From Azolla caroliniana (lineage: Eukaryota > Plantae > Polypodiophyta): a DNA stretch of 64,000 nucleotides. Where the stretch lies: the NCBI GenBank assembly GCA_043228905.1, contig JBHGNT010000004.1:18910001-18974000 (forward strand). The letters are read 5' to 3'. The notes beneath the pieces were generated by a model. The model was not told where the DNA came from and searched no databases. It saw only the letters and a list, made by a program, of their open reading frames with translations. Shown here in pieces: positions 51,709 through 64,000 of the stretch; within the stretch, counting starts at the first letter, position 1; each line of letters begins with the position of its first letter. The position numbers and the translations under genes are program-made.

Positions 51709-52468
51709 ATATCTATAGTTCAATGTTCCATAGTGAATGCGAATATAACACATGGGAGGACAACAATTAAGGCTTCATGGTGCCATTACTAAACAGGGTT
51801 TGCCTTAGGAATTAGCTCTAAAGTGACTTGGACTAACAACAGGCAATTACTTATTTGTATTGTTCAAGTGGAAGATAGTACTCATTGTTTCGGACAACAT
51901 TTGATTGCTTGTCAAATTTGGAGTTACATTTCTCAAATTTGGCAAGTTTTGTCTCAATGTTACTTGATGCCAAGATAGTGGGTGTTTGCACAATTTGCAC
52001 AAGTCAACCTAGAATCAGAGAAGGAGATTATGTTCGTATTTATGAGGTATTCAGGATTGCATCATACTTGGGATATGCACAATGCTTTTGTATTTCATGG
52101 TAGGCATGGAGCCAAAGCATATTTACAAACTTTGGAGTACTAATGTTGTAGTTGTCTAAGTTCAAATATAGGACCTCATTGTTATAGATCACCAATGGTA
52201 TATAAAGAGGACCCTTAGCACACATGGAGCATGTGAGAAATAATAAGTTCCTTACCTAATGTTTAAGCTCCTCCTTAATCTACACTTTCTCCTTACACAA
52301 CTATAAGAAACATTAACAACACTCTTTTCATACCTCAATCATTAAAAATGTTTGTTTATTTATGACACAAAAAATATTGACTCTAACACCATGCAATTCC
52401 AAATGTTTGTTCTTATGAATTTAAAAGAAATATCTCGTTTTTCTAGGTTTTGGTAAATATGTGGTACT

Positions 52469-55400
52469 TGTCGAATACGACTTCATAATGTATTCACATT
52501 GTCCTATTGGGAATACTAGGTCTAGGCCATATCTAGATCAGGTTGAATTTAAACTGAACTTCGTAACCTAGTTGTATTTGTTGTTGTTGCTATTGTAACT
52601 TTGAGTTTGAATAATACAGTTACACTATGCTTTGATTCTTTGACCTTGATCTTTGCTATGTTGTCTCCATTTCTAATCTGTTCATTCGATTATTTAATAA
52701 TCAATTTGGTTTTCTTCATCACATGATGTTGTTCTCGTCTCTACACTGACAACCTTATCTCCAATATCTGGTATTAGAGCTTGGTTTTGTATTCTACTGC
52801 TGGCCACTATCTGTCTTCAACAACATCTTTGGTCTCAACACCTTGAAGACTCCAAGTCGATTCAAGTCTCTGAATAGAGTCTAGATTTCAGTTAGACAGA
52901 AACCTTCTGATCAACAACTTACAAGACCTTATCTAGTGAATTGAGAAGCCACCTTGTTGATCCGCACTCCACTGAACTAAACGACACCTCAAGTAGGCCA
53001 ATCGGTTATACTCTTCTTGGTGGTTGTAGTCGCTCAAAGTGGGATCTTGTGGAAATCGGCCTCATCTGTGCTCCATCCGGCTAAGTGAAACTCGGGCAAA
53101 CCAATCGGTGTTGTCCCCTCATTCACTCTAGTCACTCAGAGCAGGATTGGCATTACAAATAACACATAATCTGTAATCGATACCTTAAAATTGACAATTG
53201 GAATAGGACTGACAATTAAATATGCTCAATTTGGTTAGGTGATATTTGGGAAGACCAGTCGGCTCTGTCCCTCCACTCAGCGTAGCCACCCCGAGCAAGT
53301 TTAGTACCCAACTACCGTTCGAAATCCAATCGGCTAATCGATCGGTTAATTCGGGTCCAATTGGTTGTAGTCACTTTGGACAAAACCCGCTAATAGTCGA
53401 AACTGATTCGGCTTGTGTTCAAATTTGGCTAGAACATATTTAGGTGAGCCAATCGGTTGCACCCTCCTACCATTCGTAGCAAACTCAGAATAGAGCTTAC
53501 CAGCCAACACAAATGGCATCAACATCCGACTCATCAAAGATGAGTCAAGACTATTTGGTAGTCAAGGGTTAGATTGACTCAATTGAAATTGAAAATGCTC
53601 CAGAAGGTTACAAGCCAAATGAGTGGACGAAACTAGACAGAATTGTCCATGCCACCATTTAGATGCATCTATCTGAATCCGTGTATTACAAGGTGTGGTC
53701 GTGTACGACAACATTTGAACCATGGAAAACGTTGTCAGACACCCACGAGAAGAAGGTAGCCACGACAAAGATATACTTGATTGAGCGCCTCTACAACGTT
53801 CGGATGAAAGAGTCTGATTTGGTCCATGCACACATCAATGAGTACGAAAGCTCCAGATTTCGTCTCAGGGAACGACAATTGAAGATGAATTGAAAGCAAT
53901 GTTGCTAATGAGTAGCCTTCCCTCCTTCGTGGGAAACTTTTGTCACAACAATGTGCAATGCTTCACTTGCCGCCGTGAAGTACTCCGAAGTCATGAGCTC
54001 AATCTTGACGGAAGTTGCTTGAAGGAATCATTCATACACAATTCGGCTAGCGATACTTACATAGTACAAGGTTTGGCTGACCAACCAAACAACCAGGGAA
54101 GAAGTTCTTCCCAGCCGCCGACACATTCACGAAGCCGAAGCAAGTCTTGAGATAATCGAACTTGCAACTAATGCAAGAAACCTAGACATATCAAAGCCGA
54201 TTGTTGCGCCCTCAAAGCCAAGAATGATAAAGCTGAGCAAGCTTATTAGAAGAGTGACCAGCATGAGGAGGTCAACTACATCGGTTCATCAGCCGAAGTA
54301 CGAACGGGTGATCCGAACATCCAGTTTATAGAGTCTAACTCAATCAAATCAGAAGTTCTGATTATAATTGAGGAATTGAGCACATGGCTCTTGGATTCGA
54401 TTGCATCCTACCACGTGACCCCTCATCGATCCCAATTTCGGCAATTATTATTCGAAATTCGCAGCTTTGCGTTATAAATGGAATCAACATTGTCGAGCTC
54501 AACCTTCCGGGTGTCTCTACACCTGTACTACACAACGTCTGACATGTACTTGAGCTCTCAAGTCCATTGATTTCAATCAAACAATTAGATGAAGATGACA
54601 TCCATGCCGACTTCTCATTAGGAGGTGGACACTCCACAAGGGGAACCTCTTGCTTGCTCGAGGTCCAAAAGTACATTTCTTGTACTTGCTATATGTCACA
54701 CTCAGAGAGGGTGACTTGTTTCTAGTTGATATCCTCATGTCATCACTATGGCATGGACGACTCAGACACCTCAGTAAGGTCAACATAACATACTTGTCCA
54801 GAGCCGGATACATTCCCAAACTCTTCTTCTCGGACCACCAATTATGCGAGCACTACCAATACGGCAAACAAACCACAGCCTCGCACCTGATGACATCACC
54901 ACGAGAATCGAGCCCCATCGATTTGGCTCATTCGGACATTTGTGGCCCGATGCCGCATCAGTCTCTTGGTGGCGCTTTCTATTTCGTCAACAATTCAACT
55001 CGCAAGGTGTGGGCATATCTAGCCAAAACCAAAGATCAAGTGTTCTCAATCTTCCAAGAATGGCTTGCCATGGTCGAGAATCACTTGGCCAAAAGTTGAA
55101 ATGTTTACGGTCCAACAATGGAGGAGAGTACAAATAAGAGGAATTCGTCAGATTTTGCCAACAACGCAGCATTTGATGAGAATACATGGCACCACATAGT
55201 ATGGAACAGAATGAAATTGACCAACGAATGAATCAAACAATTCAAGAACGAATTGTTATTATGCTCCAACACTCCGCACTGTCGGATGACTTCTGGGCAG
55301 AGGCCCTACTTACAGTAGTACACATAATCAATATGATGCCGAGTAGGCCTCTAGGACCTCAAATACCTCTGGAATTATGGACTGGAAGTAAGCCAAATTA

Positions 55401-57897
55401 CGAGAAGCTGAGCATTTTTAGATGCGAGGCATACGCCCTCATACTGAAAGACGATCGCCGAAAACTCAAACCGAGGTCCAGGAAATGCATTTTCCTTGGC
55501 TATGGACCACACGGCGAAATCAAATAGAATAGACAGATCGTCCGAAGTTCAGATGTTGTCTTCAACGAGTTAGTCATGCACAAGACGGCCGAAAGGCCTA
55601 TTGAAGTCCGAAGGGTAACTTTTTCAGAAGTGCCAACCCTTCATGACGACCCAGCTTGTAACACGAGGTCGACTTCATGGGTAGTTGAATCTTTTAGCAC
55701 GGAATCAGCTCCAACTGATTTGGCATAGCCAAATATTTCAACTCTGGACCATCTGCCTTACACACCCGATTAGGCTAGCCCAGTCACTCCAAGGATATCC
55801 GAAAGAATGTCGTAGCCTTTGAAGAGGTACTCTCCTGGAATCTTCTTCATGGATGCCGGCAAGCCGACATCATATGAAGAAGCATCAACATCAGCTGATT
55901 CAGCCACCTGGCATCTGGTGATGGAGTCAGAGATTAACTCCATTTAGCAAAACAAGACTTGGGACTTGGTCGAATTACCGCAACATCAACGTGCTCTTCC
56001 GTGCAAGTGGGTCTACAGACTAAAAGAGATGTTTGATTCAACCACCCCAAAATTCAAGGCCATATTAGTAGCAAAAGGGTTTCAACAGGAATACCGCATC
56101 GATTTCGACAACATCTTCACCAACGGTGAAAATGACCACCCTTTGCTTCATGCTTGGCATCGTGGCAGCTGAGGAGTTAGAATGGATCCAGCTAGATGTC
56201 AAAACGGCATTCCTCCATGGTGAACTAGAGGAGGAGATTTATATGGAACAACCGAAAGGCTTCGTGGTATCCGGGCAGGAACATCTAGTTTGCAGACTCA
56301 TGAAGATTCTATACGGCCTCAAACTAGCTCCCCGACAGTTCTACAAAAAGTTCGATGACTTCATCCAATCGGTTAGCTTCTCAACGAGCGATGAGGACCA
56401 CTGCCTCTTCACCAAAACAACTCGAGATGGGTCACCCATCTTCCTCATAATTTATGTGGAAGACATGCTACTCTCCTGCCGGCATGCGAGAGAGCTCACC
56501 AGACTTGTTCAACAACTGGAATTGAAGTTTGCCATGAAGGACCCCGGTCTACATATTCTAGGGATGAAGATTAGTCGGCTTCGGAATCGGTGACAATTGC
56601 TTCTATCGCAAGCGAACTACATTGGACGTGTCTTAGAATGCTTCAACATGCAATTGGCAAAATCTACTTTGACCACAATCCCAATTAGTCTTCAACTATC
56701 TCAAACGGACTGCCTAGCATCCGGTCCAGAGGGGAAATTTATGAAGTTGGTGACATATGCACTAACTGTCGGCTCAATGTACGCGATGGTCGCCACACGA
56801 CCGGACTTAGCTCGCGCCTTGTCAGTAGATTTATGCACAATCTCGGCCGATCGCATTGGACTGTAGTAAAGCATGTGTTCAGATATCTGGTGGGCACAAA
56901 AGACTACGACATCCTATTAAGCTCGAACAAGACTTCTGGCATAGTTGGATACACTGATTCAAACTTTACCAACTACCTAGACAGTCGAAAGTCGACAACC
57001 GGGTACTACTTCAAATTCGACAATGGAGCAATCTTGTGGAAATCAAAACTACAGGAATGCTTCAACGACCGAGGCCGAATATGTAGTAGCATCCGACGCA
57101 ACGAAAGAGGCCTTATGGCTCAGTCGACTGGCGTGCACGTTTCGACAAGCCAACTCCGAGTCAACTCTAATTGTCTATAGTGACAGTCAAGGTGTTGTTG
57201 CTTTGTCCAAAAATATGGTTCATCACAATGCCTCAAAGCATATAGACGTGAGGTATCACTTTTTTCGGGTCTACGTCATTTCAGGGAAAATCGGCCTCGA
57301 GAAGATATCTACATCCGATAATGTCACAAATGGGATGATCAAGGGTCTTCCGGCATACCATTTTTGGTCTCTTTGGCACCAAATGGGTGTTCAGAGAAAT
57401 CGGTCTGATTGAGTCGAACATTTAGGATGGTTTCGGACATTCGGCATCGACATTTCAAGATTCGGTAATCAGTATAGCCAACTCAGCTTTAGACTCTCCA
57501 ACTAGGACTCTCTTTCGAACTAGCCGATTCAACCTTAGCCCTTTCAGCTTCGGCCAATCTGGCTTCTTGTTTTTTGGACATTGCCGAATTCAGACAAAAG
57601 CCGACATGACAAGGGAGTGTCGAATACGACTTCATATTGTCCTATTGGACATATTAGGTCTAAGCCATATTTGTAAATATTGGAAAGAGCAGTTGCCCTA
57701 GTTTAGCTTGTATTTAAACTGAACTTTGTAACCTGTAGTAGTTGTACTTGCCATTGTATCTTTGAGTTTGAATAATATAGTTACACTATGTGTGCTTCTC
57801 TCTCTCTCTCTGATTCTTTGACTCTTTGATCTTGATCTTTGCTAAGTTGTCTCTGTTTCTAATCTATTCATTCGATTATTTCATTATCAACTTGGTG
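52469..57897 (+). mobile_element. Degenerate Ty1/copia LTR retrotransposon
   Basis: 5' LTR 52469-52766, PBS TGGTATTAGAGC (52769-52780), fragmented gag, knuckle, protease WLLDS, LWHGRLRH, HSDICGP, RALPCKWVY, QLDVKTAFLHG, GYTDS, SKHIDVRYH (IN before RT). Diverged, apparently truncated 3' LTR from 57618; no TSD found. Confidence 0.92.
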
Positions 57898-58415
57898 TTC
57901 ACTTGCAACCATCGTGTGTGTGTGTGTGTGTGTGTGTGCACATGCACTACTCTAAAACACCGAAAACATGTATTTGCCTACATGTATCTTTGAAACACTA
58001 AGTGTGTTACTAGTGTGACATTAATAATCTTGTGTAAAGACAATATTGTTTTAATACAAATGAGGTGGTGCACAATATATATTCTCTAGATGTGTAAGGT
58101 TAGTACCCAAGAATATAGGATAGTTAATGGGCCAATGCATAGCCATCTAGATGAGCATCTAACTAATTGGTATAATATGCCTAAGAGTTATGTATGAGAA
58201 GGGGAAGCGTTCCTCAAGGGAACTCCATTATATAATGAGAGATATGCATGAGTCAATGAGAAAGAGAGGTGCGGTAAAATGAGATATGATTCAAGTATTA
58301 AATGACTCGATGTCAATGGGGGATCATGCAACCATAAGCATAGTTCAATGCTTGCCTTTGACCACCAACTTCTTCTTGTCAATATTAGCATTGTTGTAGG
58401 GTTCAAGAGGAGCAC

Positions 58416-58735
58416 ATTGGATCTAAGTCATGAATTGTGTTATCTATATTAAGTATATCATTCATTTGTATGTCTATTGATGAGTACTTAAGCATCGATA
58501 ATCACATCTGATAATGTAAGCAACTCAGAGCAATGGAATGAATGACCTTGATTATGTTCATGTACACAATTCCCTGTATTGGATCTAAGTCATGAATTGT
58601 GTTATGTATGCTAAGAATATCATTCATTTGTATGTCTATTGATGAGTACTTAAGCATTGATAATCACATCTCACAATGTAAGCAACTCAAACCAATAGAG
58701 TGAGTTACCTTGATTATGTTAATGTACGCAATTCT
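58416..58735. repeat. Diverged 162-bp tandem duplication
   Basis: ATTGGATCTAAGTCATGAATTGTGTTAT starts at 58416 and 58578. Confidence 0.85.
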
Positions 58736-58953
58736 CCTTTATTTTCTTGTGGATTCATCTTGTCTTATAAAATTACATTTATTCTTGGAACAATTTGGAA
58801 AATTTAAAAAAGTTCAATCACATATAGTGCAACAAATGTGATAACACACAAATCAATTCTTTTTTATTCATGAATAGCTATTAGCATTACATGAAAGAGA
58901 GGGAGAGAGGGAGAAAGATCATCAATGATGACAATCCATCAAGGTTGATGATA

Positions 58954-61228
58954 TCAAGATATATAATACATCGGATTCGGCAATTTGAAGACACGACTTC
59001 CCACGGAGTAGCCAGTGATGTCACTCCATTGATCCCCAATATTGCCTACAATCACATATCCCAAATCTTGTAGAGCTTTCCGCTTTCGTGACTTGTAATA
59101 TATTGCATCCACACCATGATCCTCATTTTGTCTGGTGTCAAATACAGAAAACAAATATGTGAGACCTATCATTTAGCAGTGGATCTCTCTTGTACAACAG
59201 ATTCCAGTATACATTTGTACATACGAATCACTAAAGATGGTTAAAGTGACATAGATTCTTCTTTGCTGTTTTAAGGCAGCCCATTCATTGCCCATTACAA
59301 CAATGGTAGAGATGGAAGGCCGCCATGTAAGGGAGTACAATTCATGTAGAAATTCTTGCCATAAATCTCACAGAGATTTCATCCATAGCACTGATATTCA
59401 GAGAATAACGATATAATATTATAGTTACTGACAGCAAGATTTCTTTATTGGCGACTTTGTCTCAATTACAGTCGGCTAGTAATAACCAAAAGAAAACCCA
59501 AGTACTTAACTGATTGTATTCTTCAGGGCAAACAGCAAATGTAGCTACTATGGAGAGACAATCATATAAATAATCAATGTGGGTTTTCGCAGCGAGATAA
59601 ATTTCCTACCACTCGATCCACCATTTCATATAAGCAAAAATTTCAGTAATTTTGAAGGCAGCCAGAATGACTGACACTGGAGAAACAACTTGGAAATTTT
59701 ATCGACAAACTTCTCCAACCATAATCTCAAGACAATAGTAGTGCTCAGATAAATCCTTTTCAGAAAAAACGCAGCAATCATGATGCCATGTAAAAGAAAA
59801 TAATGTCCTTATCCGTCAAGTGTCTCGTCAGTTTCAAATTTTCCAATCCATGTGTTTTTAACTAGCTCGGTCTCTAAAAGCACAGTTTTGTTCAGAAAAA
59901 GCAACGCTCGTCCAATCCTCACCTATCAAAAGCTATGAAAAATAAAATACAAGGAAAAAAAACAGAACTAGGATCTTACCTCAAGATTAATCCTTCCCAA
60001 CCATGATAGCCTGCAGTCTTTAAATTCTCAACAGTTACATTGCGTTGACTCTCACTTCGTCCAGTCAAGAAGAAGACAATAAACCCAAGGTCCCTAAGCT
60101 TGTTGAAGAGTTTGAGAGATGATGGGAGGGCTGGTGCAATACCTTGCTCCACCCAAGCCTCAAACAGCGTGTCATTATACGCTTCTACTCTGTGCAAAGA
60201 TTCAAGGTGAGGATTCCATAAGTGAGAACAAAAACAAAATTCTCAAAAGAGTCAAAATCTACACTAATATGAAGTACAAATTCCAGAACATTACACAAAA
60301 GCAGAATCAAAGAAAGACAAAATTTACACTAACATGAAGATATGCATGATAAAAATATGAAGCACAACACAGAATCGGAACCGAAAGAAGAGACTCTAAA
60401 CTGATATGAAGGTTATGGTTCACAAAGCAAAATAAAAAAGGAAGAAAAATCTACAGTAGTATGAAGATATTGAACTTAAAAACACAAAACAGGGCATGGG
60501 AATAGAACTAAAAGAAAACAAAAATCTTCATTAATACGAAGGTTATTCTCTATAAAGCCCAAAAACGCAGCATACATCAAAGAAAAAAAGATTGCACTGA
60601 CATAGATCAACCATGCATATCCATATAACCAGAAAAAAGATGGACCATCAAGTTAAACCTGAAGAAATCCAAAAGAAGCATGAAAATTAACTCCAAGGAA
60701 CCAAACCTGCAAATTAGAGGGAATCGTTGCACGGAAATGCAAAATCCACAACAACACAGAGAATAGTTTTACATACCCGAAGCGATGGTGAGCATAGTAA
60801 GGAAGGTTGGAAAGGCTAGTTTCATCAATATCGAAGATCCAGACAAGAGGAGGAGAAGAAGAAGAAGAATATGTTCTTCCTTCACCTTCTCCATGGCCAT
60901 TCTCATTCTCAATGTCAACGAGAAGCGAGAAGTTGTAAGAGGTAGCATAGTCGAGGGCCTGACTAATGGCGACCTTCGAGTCTTCAAGATAACCATCGCC
61001 AGTCATGTAAGAAGCAACATAGCTCTCACAAGAGTCCGGAACGTTAGTCCAACCTCGCAGGTTGTTCACCTCCACATTGAATTTCCAACTGTAGCAGAGG
61101 CGCTGTCTGTGGGAGCCTCTCCTTTGGATGGACGGCGATGCTTGAGGGGTTGAAGGGAGGAGGAGGAGAAGAACAAGAAGAAGAAGGTGGAGAGGGAGAA
61201 GGGAGGGTAATGTACAGAAGAACTCCAT
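58954..61228 (-). CDS. Secreted class B acid phosphatase (HAD subfamily IIIB, APS1/VSP-like), 3 exons, 279 aa
   Basis: Exons 61228-60777, 60189-59980 and 59131-58954 (840 nt). Hydrophobic signal peptide, CYSWKFNVEVNN, intact motif I WIFDIDET, FLTGR, GDQWSD, FKLPNPMYY. Confidence 0.95.
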
Positions 61229-61310
61229 GGTTTCTTCTTCTGTGTGGGTTTCTCTTGCTTCTTTTCTGATGATCTTGTCGATCTGCAGTGGCTTCACTTC
61301 ACAATCTGCT

Positions 61311-61346
61311 CTTTATACAGACATACATATACGTCGCCCCCTCCCC

Positions 61347-61377
<31 letters not shown>

Positions 61378-61426
61378 GATCTTTATACATACATACTGAT
61401 ACAACATATACCCCCCCTCCCCTGTT

Positions 61427-61474
<48 letters not shown>

Positions 61475-61509
61475 CTTTATACATACATACATATACCCCC
61501 TCCTCTGTT

Positions 61510-61544
<35 letters not shown>

Positions 61545-61573
61545 GAGAGAGAGTTTGTGTGTGTGTGTGATCC

Positions 61574-61645
<72 letters not shown>
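61311..61645 (-). promoter_or_regulatory. Acid phosphatase upstream region: three TATA-like/GA-repeat modules plus a long (CT)n run
   Basis: CTTTATACA (minus-strand TGTATAAAG) recurs at ~61311, 61381 and 61475, each followed by a C-rich CCTGTTTC-type linker and (CT)n. Confidence 0.5.
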
Positions 61646-64000
61646 GAGAGAGAGTTTGTGTGTGTGTTGTGTGTGTGTGTGATCCCATGGTATCATCATA
61701 TGTCCACAATAGGAGACCAAGAGTGGGCTCGCCGGTTCTTGACCAAGAGCCGGCCATTCTAGCACTCGCTCGTGACCTATGCCACAATTATCCGAGAGGG
61801 ACATGGATATGCTATTCTATTCCCCAGACACAACAACCTAATTCACAGAGATTGAGCATATTCATTCCATCCCCACCATCCCCGTTCGTGTAATACCCCA
61901 TGTTTTCACACGTACGGCACACGCGGGGGGTCTGTTTCTGAGAGAGGTTTTGAGTCTGGACCATTCGTGTGCCATGTCATGCAATTCTCAGGAGGGTATG
62001 AAAGCTTCTCTGGTGTGTATCTGTCTCGGTCAAACTTCGGAGACGCGGATAGAGCACCCCATATTGAAATATAGGGCATTTCCGTGCCTATTACAAGATA
62101 TCTATACCTTGCCATCTCCATCCATCCTTATACATGGAGTACTTTGACCGTATATTCATAACATGCAAAAAAAATCTTCGCTTCACCTTGCCACATAACT
62201 AACCGCACACATTGTGTACCTTCAAAAGACATTATAGACAACTCTTCAACAACCCATGCCTTCAACTTATTGGGCCATCATTGTCCTTACACATCCATGC
62301 TATCATTTGCGTGCATCCTAATCTTCTTCCTTAAGAAAAGCAAGCCAATTACTCAACATTAAAGACATTGGGTAGCTAAAAAGAAACCAAAAGGAAGTCA
62401 TCATTAGATTGAATATATATCCCATTTCATGGCCAAAAGAAAGGCTCGTTGAAGACTTTGTTCGGTGCTCGTACTTGTCGTGCAACATTCTCTTATTTGC
62501 ACCCCAATCTTCCTTGAGAACAAAAGGAAGCAATCATTATGTGTAACATGTTGTAGACGGTTAACAAGAAAGGACAAGAAAGTCATCCCAACATTGACTC
62601 TAGGTATATGCCTTTGTTGATCTTCCTTGTGCGTGTAACAACAATCTCTTCAGCATTCCAATCTTTAGCAAGAAGGGAAAAGGAAGTAACCATGAAACAA
62701 ACAATCTCTCCATATATGTACTTAAAAAGATTACGGAAGGAAATTCAACCTCATACGTTGCCCTAAAGCTAAAGATATGGAGATTGAAAGTACATCTTTT
62801 TGTTAGAAATGTTGATCCATAACTTTATGCAAAATCAATGAATCTCATCAAAAAGCAACAAGCTATGGAACTGCACTTAGGCTCATGTTTTTTAAATTTC
62901 ATTTGTTTCACTCAAGGTTTTCATGATTTTGATGGGTTAATGCCATGTTTAAACAATGTAAAATAAATTGGCCAATTACAATCTTTTGCTCCATGTACAT
63001 ATTTGAACTGATTTCTTAGAAAATCAACTCATATCTCGCTTTCAAATATAGGAAAAATAATAGGAACTACACGAGAAAATGCCCCAAATTTATAGGAAGT
63101 TTATCGTAAATTTCTTCATCATGTACATATTTCCATGCCGAGAAAAGTTCATAGAAAATAGGAATCAAACGTAATTTTCATAGTCTATATTATACGAATT
63201 ATTAAAACTCAAAAAAACTGATTCAAGAATACCCAAGCTTTGCTTTATTTCCTCAAATACTCCTACATTGTATTTTTGTTTCGGAAGTGCTTTAATCTAG
63301 GCCCCCATATTGGAATTGGAAAATCACATCATGTAATTGCTCAAGTACCACATGTAGTTAAGGAAAAAGGAATGAAGCGACCATGTAATAGCATATGCAA
63401 CCAAACCACTGCTCTTCATAGGGTTGACCAAGGGTGATTGGGGAAATAATGAAAACCATATGCTATAACAAGCAATCAAGAAAAATTATGGGCATTTCAA
63501 GGTTTTCCGGACGAAGCATTACAAGGATTTGGCTCATAGAAAATGGAAACGAGTATGTTGTTAGCATGGGAATGACTCGTTAATTGCAAGAAAGTAGGGG
63601 CAATTTCAACATACAAACAAAGATCCATCAACATATTAGAAACAAACATTTATATACCTAACCACGTGAACTTTGTGAACAAGATCAAAGAGATCCCTAT
63701 AACGCCTTGTTTGAAGAGTACAAAATTGCAACAAAGTTATGGACAATTCAAGTTTTACATTTGAAGAAGATTCATGTGCATATGTTGTTCACGTTGGAAC
63801 TCTCATGTCTGCGAATAATTATTAACAAATATAAATAAACTTTGCATTACTTTATGCATTGGAGGTATTGATTCATTGCTTGTAATTGGACAAAAGGTTT
63901 GGCAACATTTTCGTGTCAAACAAATTCCTATTAACATTAAGTGTGAGTCGCTTGCATGCAATCCATGAACTTGGGAAGTGGAGACTTATTAACAATAGAA

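Noticed and set aside
61840-64000. Decayed transposase or gene on the minus strand
   Set aside because: Coding-like composition, but no motif could be identified and it runs off the window.

Overview
Eukaryotic land-plant genomic DNA, inferred to be a fern or other non-seed plant from the PLS-PPR style and the Tcn1-like chromovirus. Five intron-containing host genes are supported: a partial C2-like, tail-anchored protein gene (+, 1-~3774), a conserved multi-pass membrane protein (-, 5684-8374), PDCD2 (-, 10851-14181), a PLS-class PPR protein with a truncated E domain (-, 38346-40576/40610) and a class B HAD-IIIB acid phosphatase (-, 58954-61228). Most of the rest is nested transposons: an RTE-type LINE split by a young 7.3-kb chromovirus, a second RTE fragment, an array of ~53-bp palindromes, an L1 fragment split by a 3.2-kb fold-back DNA element, a 5.3-kb Tcn1-like chromovirus, a 1.2-kb TRIM plus its solo LTR, and a decayed copia element. 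Most notable: (1) the Tcn1-like element lacks a tRNA PBS but has an exact 11-nt self-priming match to its predicted transcript 5' end, plus a -1 frameshift signal; (2) the TRIM has a tRNA-Ala PBS, 4-bp ATAT target sites at two independent insertions, and an interior array of ~10 stem-loops; (3) the fold-back element carries two tRNA-like Pol III cassettes; (4) three divergent RTE copies share one 3'-terminal hairpin. All coordinates were read by eye, no searches were run, and novelty is unverified.
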